Source: Negativicutes bacterium (GTDB lineage: Bacteria > Bacillota > Negativicutes > UBA1444). Taken from it: 64,000 nt of DNA. Location of the stretch: contig CAXXIN010000005.1 of NCBI GenBank assembly GCA_963665275.2, forward strand, positions 64,001 to 128,000, written 5' to 3'. The notes under the pieces are model-generated. The model ran no database searches, was not told the origin of the DNA, and saw only the letters and a program-made list of their open reading frames with translations. This document shows, one piece after another, positions 47,704 through 56,707 of the stretch. Every line of letters starts with the position of its first letter. Position 1 is the stretch's first letter. The translations under genes and the position numbers were made by a program.

Positions 47704-48927
47704 GTGCAACAATTGTTTGACAAATATCGGGAAAGGGAATATCTTCTCTTGCTTACGCTTGTTGCGTTATCCCTTTATCGGACGGCGGGACATGCCTTCT
47801 GGCTTGTATTCTCCGGCCGTGGCCTGCCGCAGACGCCGGATAGCCAATGGTATATCAACTATGCATACGGATTGTTGGAAAACTTTTCGATCGGTCTGCA
47901 TATCGACGAAGTGTTGTACTTGGGATATAATCTGCTGTTGACCCTGCTCTTGGCCTTGTTTAAAACTCCAACGGCGGTTGTCCTGCTTCAGTCGGTTGTT
48001 GCCAGTCTGGCGATCATCTTGGTGTACAAGATTGCCGGTATATTGTTTAACAGAACTACAGCTGTTCTGTCCGGCCTTTTTTATTTGTACATCTGGGACA
48101 TTACTTTCTGGTCGGTCCATGTTCTGACGGATAGCTTCTTTGTCAGCCTGATGCTGTTGTGCGTTTATCTGTTGCTTCGGGCTTTGGAGCCCAAGCAAAC
48201 GCTGTTCAGGATGTGTTTGGCCGCGACCTCTCTCTATCTGTGCTTTTTTCGTCCAACAGGGGTGCTGGTTATGGGGATGTTACTTCTATACAGCGTAAGT
48301 CGAATCGACACTAGCCGAATGGCAGGCATTTTGCGACGGCATCGGCGAATGTTGGGTAGTTTTCTGGCTGCGATGCTTTGCGTGACAGGGTATCTATACG
48401 CCTGCGGAAAACTGGATCCATTGATCTGCTCTTTTCAATACAATGTGAAACTGGTATTGTATAATGTATATGCCAAAGGGTGGATTTATGATAAATCCAC
48501 GGCATACGACTATACCTTTCGACCTGATTATACGATTGATATATATGACAGTTTAATTTTGAGTTTCATCGTGAATAATTGGGAATCCGTCAGTGTGCTT
48601 TATTTTCGCCGGGCCGTCGCCTTTCTCGGTACCTGGGCCTGGGAGACGAACATTCGTAATTTGGGCGATGCCTTATACTATGGTTTCAAATTGCTGCCGT
48701 TAGGGATATTTATCGTTGGTACCGTTGCCGCAATTCGCAACGGGAAATTCGCGCAGGCGTCCATACTGTGGTTGATCATACTGGCTGTGTTTTTGTTCTG
48801 TGTTTTGTTGTTTATTGACGCGATGTATCGATACCGCTTCCCTGCGATGCCGTTTATGTGTATCGTGATTGCCTATGGGGCTGACAGAATCATATCAGGG
48901 GGACGATTGCTTGCAAAGAACGGCTGA
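47704..48927 (+). CDS. GT-C fold (PMT/ArnT-like) membrane glycosyltransferase
   Basis: Many TM segments, PDSQWY loop after TM1, LTDSFF, FFRPTG, YRYRFP near the C-terminus. Confidence 0.72.
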   Translation: MQQLFDKYREREYLLLLTLVALSLYRTAGHAFWLVFSGRGLPQTPDSQWYINYAYGLLENFSIGLHIDEVLYLGYNLLLTLLLALFKTPTAVVLLQSVVASLAIILVYKIAGILFNRTTAVLSGLFYLYIWDITFWSVHVLTDSFFVSLMLLCVYLLLRALEPKQTLFRMCLAATSLYLCFFRPTGVLVMGMLLLYSVSRIDTSRMAGILRRHRRMLGSFLAAMLCVTGYLYACGKLDPLICSFQYNVKLVLYNVYAKGWIYDKSTAYDYTFRPDYTIDIYDSLILSFIVNNWESVSVLYFRRAVAFLGTWAWETNIRNLGDALYYGFKLLPLGIFIVGTVAAIRNGKFAQASILWLIILAVFLFCVLLFIDAMYRYRFPAMPFMCIVIAYGADRIISGGRLLAKNG

Positions 48928-49648
48928 ATATGGGACTCCGCGGGAACGGTCCTCGACATTGGCGGTTATTCCGGCCTATAATGAACAGCACAATATCATG
49001 CAAGTGATTCAGGAAATACAGGTGGTTTCACCGGCTGTGGATATCCTGGTCGTGAATGACTGTTCGACCGACGCCACTTCGATGCAGGCACGGGGTGCGG
49101 CGGGAGTAAAAGTTGTTGATCTTCCCTGCAACCTGGGGATCGGCGGGGCGATGCAGACGGGTTTTAAATATGCACTGGCGGCAGAATACGACTATGTGGT
49201 TCAGATAGACGGCGATGGCCAACATGTGCCACGGGAGGTAGCCAAGCTGAAGCAAGCCATGAAAGAAAGTGGCTGCGACATGGCGATCGGTTCCCGTTTC
49301 CTGGATGTGGAATCCTTCCGTACCACCTGGTGCCGAAGGGTGGGAATCAAATTATTTTATCTATTGTTCCGTGCGTTGGTCCATGCCCGGATCACAGACA
49401 GCACCTCGGGCTTTCGGCTCTACAACCGCAAAAGTCTGGTTTTGCTGTCCCAGTATTATTCCAGCGACTATCCCGAACCGGATGCCATCGTTCTTTTAAA
49501 AAAACATGGACTCAAGATCTGCGAGGTTGGCGTTGAAATGCGGGCGCGTGAAAATGGCATTTCTTCCATCACCCCGCTCAAAAGTCCTTATTACATGTCC
49601 AAGGTCATCCTGACGATACTGGTTTCATGCGCCAGACCGAGGCGGTGA
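48911..49648 (+). CDS. GT2 polyprenyl-phosphate glycosyltransferase (DPM-synthase-like)
   Basis: IPAYNE, VNDCSTD, NLGIGGAMQTG, DGDGQH, GSRF, DSTSGFR, DYPE. Confidence 0.92.
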   Translation: MQRTAEYGTPRERSSTLAVIPAYNEQHNIMQVIQEIQVVSPAVDILVVNDCSTDATSMQARGAAGVKVVDLPCNLGIGGAMQTGFKYALAAEYDYVVQIDGDGQHVPREVAKLKQAMKESGCDMAIGSRFLDVESFRTTWCRRVGIKLFYLLFRALVHARITDSTSGFRLYNRKSLVLLSQYYSSDYPEPDAIVLLKKHGLKICEVGVEMRARENGISSITPLKSPYYMSKVILTILVSCARPRR

Positions 49649-49655
49649 AGCGACG

Positions 49656-50048
49656 ATGCCATTTGGACACTTTGAAAAAATTCAGTGGCTGGGGATCGTC
49701 TTTAGCCTGATTATCATATTGTCAGTGATTTTTCTGGTTCGTGAACGGCTGCTCAAAGAGAAGTACTCCCTGATTTGGCTCTTGATCGGACTTTTCGTTT
49801 TGGTGGTTTCGCTATTCAGGGGGCTGTTGGAGGGCTTTTCCGATTTTATTGGCGTCTATTATCCGCCCTCGGCCTTTTTTTCGCTGTTGATTGCCGGCGC
49901 CTACCTGCTATTGCTGAATATGAGCGTAAGCATCTCAAATTTAAAGGCTAAGAATAAAGCAGTCGCGCAGGAGTTCGGCCTGCTCAAACTTCGGCTGGAA
50001 GAATTGGAAAAAGAAATGGCCAAATCCGACAAGGGGAATTCGCAATGA
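49656..50048 (+). CDS. DUF2304 membrane protein (GT2 activator family)
   Basis: LKEKYSLIW, IGVYYPP, C-terminal coiled coil AQEFGLL; directly follows GT2. Confidence 0.85.
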   Translation: MPFGHFEKIQWLGIVFSLIIILSVIFLVRERLLKEKYSLIWLLIGLFVLVVSLFRGLLEGFSDFIGVYYPPSAFFSLLIAGAYLLLLNMSVSISNLKAKNKAVAQEFGLLKLRLEELEKEMAKSDKGNSQ

Positions 50049-50395
50049 AGCTAATGATTCTTTTTGGCAGTGTGACGATGACGGTTGTTGCCAGCGCACT
50101 GCTCAAGATCGGTAGCCGAACCGTCAATTTTGACGGTGGCGCCTGGTCGATCGCTACAGGATATATGACTTCGCCCGGCATTCTCGCCGGCTTCTTTTCT
50201 TATGCGGTGGCTGCGTTGCTATGGGTGTATTGTCTGTCCGTGTTTGATCTTAGTTATGTCACCTTTGTGGCCAGTCTTCAGTATGTCTTGCTGCTGGCGG
50301 TATCGATCTTGGTGTTTCAGGAACAGATCAGCCTTTTGAAATGGGTGGGCTGCGCCTTTATCATGGTCGGCGTCATCTGTTGGCTGAAGGGATAG
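50045..50395 (+). CDS. small EamA/SMR-like (ArnE/F-type) membrane protein, probable lipid-sugar flippase
   Basis: 116 aa, four TM segments, LWVYCLS.FDLSY, FQEQIS. Confidence 0.75.
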   Translation: MKLMILFGSVTMTVVASALLKIGSRTVNFDGGAWSIATGYMTSPGILAGFFSYAVAALLWVYCLSVFDLSYVTFVASLQYVLLLAVSILVFQEQISLLKWVGCAFIMVGVICWLKG

Positions 50396-50402
50396 CCGGA
50401 AT

Positions 50403-51446
50403 ATGCTGCGCTTCGTTGCCTACTCTGAAGCCATGAGAGAGGAGTGGGATCGTTTCGCGTTGTCGCGCGGTACGGTATTCCATACGATTGGGTTTCGCCA
50501 GATCCTGCTCGATTCTTTTGGTTACCGGTGCGTCTACCATGCTGTGATCGATGATCATGACCGGATCTGTGGGCTGCTTCCAATGGTCGTCGGCCGCAAT
50601 CTGAAGTGGAACCGAGTTGGTGTTTCACTGCCATTCGTCAATCATCTGGATATCTGCGCAGACGGTGAAGCAGCTTACCGGACGATGCTGAACGCTATTC
50701 CGGGAATCAAAAATGACCTCGATCTGCAGACGGTCGAACTGCGTCTGAAAGCGCAAAATGTTGATCTCCCCGGTTGGCAAGCTCATTTGCAGAATTGTAC
50801 GTTCGAGTTGCCGCTGCTGGGGGATGAAATAGCGACGCTTGCACAGGCCTCCGCCAGCTGCCGCAATCATGTGCGCAAGACTTATAAAAACGCTTGGTTC
50901 GCAGTCTCTTTCGATCCCGGCCGGCTGCCTGAATTTTACAAGGTGTATGTCAAAAGAATGAAACAGTTGGGGTCGCCAGCACCGGCCCTCGAATTTTTCG
51001 CGAATTTTTTTCGTTGTATGCCCGACGAGACCACTTTGCTGACGGTGCTGGAACGGGATACGGATCGCGTTATCGGCGGAATGCTGTTGCTCGCGGATCC
51101 CAGCAATTCCAAGCTATATTACCCTTATGGCGCAAATTTGGTGGAATACAATCATCAATACCTGAATAATTTCATGTACTGGGAAGCGGTGCGTTTGGGT
51201 ATCCGGCAGGGCCTGCAGAGCTTAGACCTCGGTCGGTCGCCTGTTGGCTCTGGAACGTATCATTTCAAAATGCAATGGGGGGCAAAGCCGGCGCCGCTCC
51301 AATATTTATTTTATGGGAACAAAGAAGGCGCAGCTGGCCCCCCGGACCGTGAAAAGCTGAAGGTGTTCATCGAACTTTGGAAGGTTATGCCCGCTTTCGT
51401 CACGGACCGCATAGGGCAAACGCTGATTAAATATCTTATGCCATAA
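50403..51446 (+). CDS. FemAB-like GNAT-fold transferase
   Basis: WDRF, SLPFVN, ELR, RNHVRK, LGSP, NNFMYWE, DLGRS, HFKMQWGA. Confidence 0.8.
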   Translation: MLRFVAYSEAMREEWDRFALSRGTVFHTIGFRQILLDSFGYRCVYHAVIDDHDRICGLLPMVVGRNLKWNRVGVSLPFVNHLDICADGEAAYRTMLNAIPGIKNDLDLQTVELRLKAQNVDLPGWQAHLQNCTFELPLLGDEIATLAQASASCRNHVRKTYKNAWFAVSFDPGRLPEFYKVYVKRMKQLGSPAPALEFFANFFRCMPDETTLLTVLERDTDRVIGGMLLLADPSNSKLYYPYGANLVEYNHQYLNNFMYWEAVRLGIRQGLQSLDLGRSPVGSGTYHFKMQWGAKPAPLQYLFYGNKEGAAGPPDREKLKVFIELWKVMPAFVTDRIGQTLIKYLMP

Positions 51447-51481
51447 AGACTGACAGGGAACAGCAACGGAGGTTATCAGAC

Positions 51482-52147
51482 ATGAGCGATTTCGACTGGA
51501 AACAGTATTTTGACCAAAAGGCCTCCCGGCATGGGGCTTCCGTCAAATCATCCGATTATTTTGACGACACGAGTTTTTTTGTACAGAGGGATCATATTCT
51601 GAACTGGCTCGGCGACCTGCAAGGGAGGACGATCCTCGATGCGGGCTGCGGCGTCGGCGCGTTCAGCGAACCGTGGGTCAGGCACAACACCGTGTATGGC
51701 GTGGATTTTTCCGAAAAAAGTCTGGCTTTCGCCGCCGACAGGGGACTGAAAACGCTGACAGGGGATCTGGGAGCCCTGCCCTTTGAGCGCGGGATGTTCG
51801 ACGTAGTCGTGTGTATTGGAGTGATCCAGCTAATAGAGGACTACGAGCCGGTGCTTGCCGAGCTGGCGCGGGTTACCAAACCGGGAGGAACTTTGTTGGT
51901 ACAGACGCTGCACCAAGGCTCCGTGCAGCGCAAACTGCTGGGATTGGTTGAACGCAGCAAAAAATTCGACCGGATGTATGCTATGGATGGATTGGAGCAG
52001 ACTTTTTCCCGCCTGGGTTTCGGAGCAATCGAGTTTTTGAAGCAATATCATCCGCTCGGGACTGTGACGCGCGGTTGTGAAGCCGGAGGCCTGACGGATT
52101 TGTTCTGTACCTCCTTTGCGATCAAGGGGACCAAGACCATTGAGTGA
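51482..52147 (+). CDS. class I SAM-dependent methyltransferase
   Basis: ILDAGCGVG, GVDFS, LPF...FDVV, RVTKPGG. Confidence 0.9.
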   Translation: MSDFDWKQYFDQKASRHGASVKSSDYFDDTSFFVQRDHILNWLGDLQGRTILDAGCGVGAFSEPWVRHNTVYGVDFSEKSLAFAADRGLKTLTGDLGALPFERGMFDVVVCIGVIQLIEDYEPVLAELARVTKPGGTLLVQTLHQGSVQRKLLGLVERSKKFDRMYAMDGLEQTFSRLGFGAIEFLKQYHPLGTVTRGCEAGGLTDLFCTSFAIKGTKTIE

Positions 52148-53006
52148 TTCGGGGCAATTCCGGCAGGCGGGAAACATCCTGACCTTCGATATTGAAGACT
52201 GGTATCATGCCAACTATGACGGCGTGAATTTGGACGCCTGCAGGGGAACTGCTTCCCATTTTCGGGCCAATATGGAGTTGGTGCTGCGACTATGCGAGGA
52301 GGCCGGATGCAAAGCAACCTTTTTTGTTTTAGGTTGCATCGGGGAAGAGTATCCCGACGTGGTCAGGGCAATTGCCTGTGCCGGGCACGAGGTCGCTTCG
52401 CACGGCTACAGCCATCAATTGGCTTATCAGCAGACATTCGATGAGTTCCGGGCTGATGTGGAAAAGTCCATCGAGATTCTGCAACCGCTCAGCGGCATGA
52501 TAGTGACCGGATATCGGGCGCCTTCGTGGTCGATCATTGAACGAAATCATCACTATTTGGAAGCTCTGGAATCCCTAGGGATGAAATATGATGCCAGCAT
52601 CTTTCCAGTCAAGACTTTTCTCTACGGGATTCCGAACGCTCCCACCGCCATCCACCGGCCCTGTGTAAACGGTCGTGAACTGGATCTGTACGAAGTTCCC
52701 ATGTCGGTGATGAACGTATGCGGCAAAAATGTCGGTTTTTCCGGCGGTTTTTATTTTCGCCTGTTTCCTCAATGGCTGATCAAACGAGCCATTCGTTCCG
52801 CCAACAGACAGGGGGACAGCGCCATCATCTATCTGCACCCGCGGGAACTCGACGCAACGGAACGCAGGCTGAGTTTGCCCAGGTTGGAGTCCTTCATCCA
52901 ATATTACAATGTTGGAAAAAACCAGACCAAACTGGAAAATGTTCTGCGCAGCTTCCGCTTCACATCGATAACGGAGAAATTGAACGAGCTGGAAAACGAA
53001 AGATGA
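52140..53006 (+). CDS. polysaccharide deacetylase (CE4 with DUF3473-like tail)
   Basis: TFDIEDWYH, ATFFVLG, HEVASHGYSH, GYRAPSWS, GGFYFR, YLHPRE. Confidence 0.9.
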   Translation: MSDSGQFRQAGNILTFDIEDWYHANYDGVNLDACRGTASHFRANMELVLRLCEEAGCKATFFVLGCIGEEYPDVVRAIACAGHEVASHGYSHQLAYQQTFDEFRADVEKSIEILQPLSGMIVTGYRAPSWSIIERNHHYLEALESLGMKYDASIFPVKTFLYGIPNAPTAIHRPCVNGRELDLYEVPMSVMNVCGKNVGFSGGFYFRLFPQWLIKRAIRSANRQGDSAIIYLHPRELDATERRLSLPRLESFIQYYNVGKNQTKLENVLRSFRFTSITEKLNELENER

Positions 53007-53078
53007 ACCTGTGGCAAATCCTGAAAAATCCGAGTCCGATGCTGTGTTGCAGGAAAAAGGGAAAGCAGGTGAGGACGC

Positions 53079-53849
53079 ATGAAAATGCCGGTCGTATTTG
53101 TTGGGCATGGATCGCCGATGAATATTATTGCGGATAACCACTACACCCGAAGTCTTCGTGAACTTGGCAGAACGTTGCCCAAGCCGGCAGCGGTTTTGGT
53201 AGTATCTGCACACTGGCAGACTAGAAAAACCCAGATAACCAGTGCGCTAAAACCCCAAACAATTTATGATTTTTACGGATTCCCGAAAGAACTATACCAG
53301 GTCAGGTATGAGTGTCCCGGATCGCCGGAAAAGGCGGCGCTGGTTGAGAATATAACACAGCAGAAAGCCCTCGTGAATGACCAGCGAGGCATCGACCATG
53401 CGGCCTGGGCGGTATTGCTCCATATGTATCCGGCGGCTTATATTCCGGTCATGGAAATGAGTCTGGACGTGGAACGCTCACCTGCCGAGCATTATGAACT
53501 GGGCAAACAACTGTCGGCGCTTCGGGATGAGGGGATTCTCATCATGGGAAGCGGCAATCTGGTACACAATTTGGCGCAAGTCAACTTTGACCAAGCGGAG
53601 GGCGGAGAATACGATTGGGCGGTGGAGTTCGACCGACTCACGGAAGAACTGTTGGTGAGGCGGGAGCATAAGCGATTGATTGAATATGAACAATTGCCTG
53701 GCGCCGGCCGGGCCATTCCCACCAACGAACACTATCTGCCCATGCTTTATTCCATAGCGCTGCAGGAAGAGCAAGAATCGTTGCGGTTTGTCTGCACAGA
53801 TATTCAGAATGGATCCATCGCCATGCGCAGTTTCGTCATTGGTGAATAA
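53079..53849 (+). CDS. ygiD: 4,5-DOPA extradiol dioxygenase (LigB/YgiD family)
   Basis: FVGHGSPMN, SAHW, IYDFYGFP, DHAAW, GSGNLVHNL, PTNEHYLP. Confidence 0.9.
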   Translation: MKMPVVFVGHGSPMNIIADNHYTRSLRELGRTLPKPAAVLVVSAHWQTRKTQITSALKPQTIYDFYGFPKELYQVRYECPGSPEKAALVENITQQKALVNDQRGIDHAAWAVLLHMYPAAYIPVMEMSLDVERSPAEHYELGKQLSALRDEGILIMGSGNLVHNLAQVNFDQAEGGEYDWAVEFDRLTEELLVRREHKRLIEYEQLPGAGRAIPTNEHYLPMLYSIALQEEQESLRFVCTDIQNGSIAMRSFVIGE

Positions 53850-53870
53850 AAAACTGACGCCAATGTGGCT

Positions 53871-54485
53871 CTATTTCAGCAACAATTCAGTTCCCTCTTT
53901 TAATAGCAGGATGGCAAATAGGAATAACACCACTCCCATGATTTTCATCAGCCAGAGATAGGTCCTGCCCTGCAGAAAAGTTCGTGAACGACTCACGAGC
54001 ATCGCCAGCACAATTTTGGAACCGACCAGCGCAAGATAAAAACCCGTTACGAAGCATAACACTTCGTTCCAGCCTTGCGCCCGGGCATTCAGAATGATCG
54101 GACCGCCAACCATGATCCAGAACAGGTAGGGGTGCGGACTCAGGGCGTTGACAAGAGCGCCTTTGGTCAGTGACTGCGGCGACGTTGCGCCGACAGGCGT
54201 TCTGATATCCTTGCTTTTCATGCTGGCATACGCCATCTGCAACAAAAATAAGCCGCCGCCGATAGAGATGAGGCCTATCAGCGTTTGATAACCAGCCATA
54301 CCTGCCAACAGGAAGGCGGATAGAAAAATAATCGGTATATCTGTAATCAAGGGCGAAAGAGCGATCTTGACCCCCTCAGTCAGGCCATATCGAAGGGTTT
54401 GTGAAATGACCATCGCGAATAGCGGACCGGGAGATATTCCGGCGGACAAGCCAAGAGAGAGGCCCACGACTGCAAACACAAACAT
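53871..54485 (-). CDS. LysE family exporter
   Basis: AGISPGP, NALSPHPYLFW. Confidence 0.88.
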   Translation of the reverse strand: MFVFAVVGLSLGLSAGISPGPLFAMVISQTLRYGLTEGVKIALSPLITDIPIIFLSAFLLAGMAGYQTLIGLISIGGGLFLLQMAYASMKSKDIRTPVGATSPQSLTKGALVNALSPHPYLFWIMVGGPIILNARAQGWNEVLCFVTGFYLALVGSKIVLAMLVSRSRTFLQGRTYLWLMKIMGVVLFLFAILLLKEGTELLLK

Positions 54486-54492
54486 AGTGATT

Positions 54493-56679
54493 TTAAGCTC
54501 CGGTGATTTTTGGCGCCTGTTTCAGGCTGAGGGCGATACGGTTACGCGCCGCATCGACATTGAGAATGACGACTTCCACGATATCCCCGACTGATACGAT
54601 ATCCAGGGGATGACGGAACGGCTTGTTGCTGAGTTCAGAACGATGCAGCAGGCCGTTGATTTTTACGCCGATGTCGACGAAAGCTCCAAAGTCGGTTACG
54701 TTGTGCACGGTTCCCTTAACGACGGTGCCGGGAAGCAAGTCGTCGAGTTTGACGATGTTTTTGCGGGTCATCGGAGCGGGCAGGTCTTCGCGCGGATCGC
54801 GGCCCGGTTTGGCGAGCGCGTCCAGAATGTCGCGGACAGTCGGTTCGCCTGCGTTCAACTCGCGGGCCAGCAGGGCGGCATCCGCAGTCTTGAGTGTTTC
54901 CTGCAGCTCGGCCAGTCTTTCACGGGAGCTTAGGTCGCTCTTGGCGAACCCCAGCCGGGTGAGAATCGTTTCGGCCAGTTCGTAGGACTCGGGGTGGACA
55001 GGCGTGTTGTCGAGCGGATCTTTCGCATCTGCCACACGCAAGAAACCGGCGCACTGGACGAAGGCGGCCGGGCCGAGGCGGGGAATTTTCAACAGTTCTT
55101 TGCGACGGGTGAAGCGTCCGTTGGCATCCCGCCAGGCAACGATGTTTTTGGCGACCGGACCCTGGATCCCGGCAACATGGCGCAGCAGTTCGACAGAAGC
55201 GGTGTTGAGGTCGACGCCGACATGGTTGACGGCGGACTCCACTACCCCATCCAAAGCCTGCAATAAGGCTTTCTGATCGACATCGTGCTGGTATTGACCA
55301 ACGCCGATGGCTTTGGGCTCGATTTTGACAAGTTCGGCCAGCGGGTCCTGAACCCGTCGGGCGATGGACACGGCGCCGCGCAGCGATACATCGAGATCGG
55401 GCAATTCGTCCTTGGCCAGTTTGGAAGCTGAGTAAACGGATGCGCCCGCTTCGTTGGTAATGACGTAATGCATCGATAGGGAATGATCGCGGATCAATCC
55501 GGCGAGAAAAGCTTCTGTCTCATAGGAGGCTGTCCCGTTGCCGATGGCGGCCAATGTAACGCCATGTTTCTGAATGAGGTCCAGCATAAGTTTGGCGGAC
55601 GACTGGCGCTGCGATTCACTGTGGGTCAGGTAGAAGACGGTAGTGGCGAGTACGCTGCCCTGCGGGTTGACGATTGCAGCTTTGCAGCCGGTACGGTAAC
55701 CGGGGTCGAGGCCAAGAACGGTATGCCCGGCCAGCGGCGGGATAAGCAGGAGTTGGCGCAGATTCCGGCCAAACAGACTGATGGCCTGTTTTTCGGCGTT
55801 TTCGGTCAGCAGATTGCGGACTTCACGTTCCATGGAGGGGAAAAGCAAGCGCTTGCAACTGTCCTGCACAGCCTCGGTGAGATCGTCCTGCCACAGGGAG
55901 GGACGGGTGACGACCTGCCGGGTAACGAGGTCGGTCAGGCTATCCTGAGGGATTTCAAAATGAACCTTGAGGGCTTTTTTGGTTTCGCCTCGGTTGACGG
56001 CGAGAATTCGGTGGGAAGGCATATGGTTGACCGCCTCACGGTATTCCTTATACGTCAGAAAATCCGGCGCTTCGGCTTCAGATACGGCCAATCCCGTTGA
56101 GATGGCTGCTGTTTTCCAGGTCTCCCGCCGCATCAGCGTTCGCAAGTCAGCACGTTCGGCTATCGTTTCGGCCACGATGTCGCGGGCGCCGGCCAGAGCG
56201 GCTTCCGCATCATCTACGCCTAAATCTGTATTAATGAACTTGGCTGCGAGGGCAAAGCGATCGGCGTCCGTCGGATCGATCTGGAACAGCATCCGTTCAG
56301 CCAGCGGTTCGAGACCTTTTTCCCGGGCAATCTGCGCCCGGGTTCTTTTCTTCGGCCGGTACGGCAGATAGAGATCTTCGAGATCCTGCAGCTTTTGCGA
56401 TCCTTCGATTGCCGCTGTCAACTCAGGCGTTAATTTGCCCTGAGATTCGATGACGGCAAGTATCTCCTCCTGCCTTTTGGCGACGTTGCGGAGATAGAGC
56501 AGCCGTTCTTCGATCACGCGTATCTTGTCTTCATCCAGGTCGCCGGTGACCTCCTTGCGGTAACGGGCGATGAAAGGCATCGTATTACCTGCGTCGAGGA
56601 GCTCGATGGTCGCCTCTGCCTGGTTGGGACGAATGCTGAGTTCTCGGGCGATCATGACAGGAATTTCATTGATTTTCAT
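54493..56679 (-). CDS. tex: Tex RNA-binding transcriptional accessory protein
   Basis: PFIARYRKE, GLDPGYRTGCK, EAGASVYSAS, GVGQYQHD, HhH, C-terminal S1 domain. Confidence 0.95.
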   Translation of the reverse strand: MKINEIPVMIARELSIRPNQAEATIELLDAGNTMPFIARYRKEVTGDLDEDKIRVIEERLLYLRNVAKRQEEILAVIESQGKLTPELTAAIEGSQKLQDLEDLYLPYRPKKRTRAQIAREKGLEPLAERMLFQIDPTDADRFALAAKFINTDLGVDDAEAALAGARDIVAETIAERADLRTLMRRETWKTAAISTGLAVSEAEAPDFLTYKEYREAVNHMPSHRILAVNRGETKKALKVHFEIPQDSLTDLVTRQVVTRPSLWQDDLTEAVQDSCKRLLFPSMEREVRNLLTENAEKQAISLFGRNLRQLLLIPPLAGHTVLGLDPGYRTGCKAAIVNPQGSVLATTVFYLTHSESQRQSSAKLMLDLIQKHGVTLAAIGNGTASYETEAFLAGLIRDHSLSMHYVITNEAGASVYSASKLAKDELPDLDVSLRGAVSIARRVQDPLAELVKIEPKAIGVGQYQHDVDQKALLQALDGVVESAVNHVGVDLNTASVELLRHVAGIQGPVAKNIVAWRDANGRFTRRKELLKIPRLGPAAFVQCAGFLRVADAKDPLDNTPVHPESYELAETILTRLGFAKSDLSSRERLAELQETLKTADAALLARELNAGEPTVRDILDALAKPGRDPREDLPAPMTRKNIVKLDDLLPGTVVKGTVHNVTDFGAFVDIGVKINGLLHRSELSNKPFRHPLDIVSVGDIVEVVILNVDAARNRIALSLKQAPKITGA

Positions 56680-56707
56680 ACAGCACCTCTTGTTCTTTGC
56701 TTATTTC

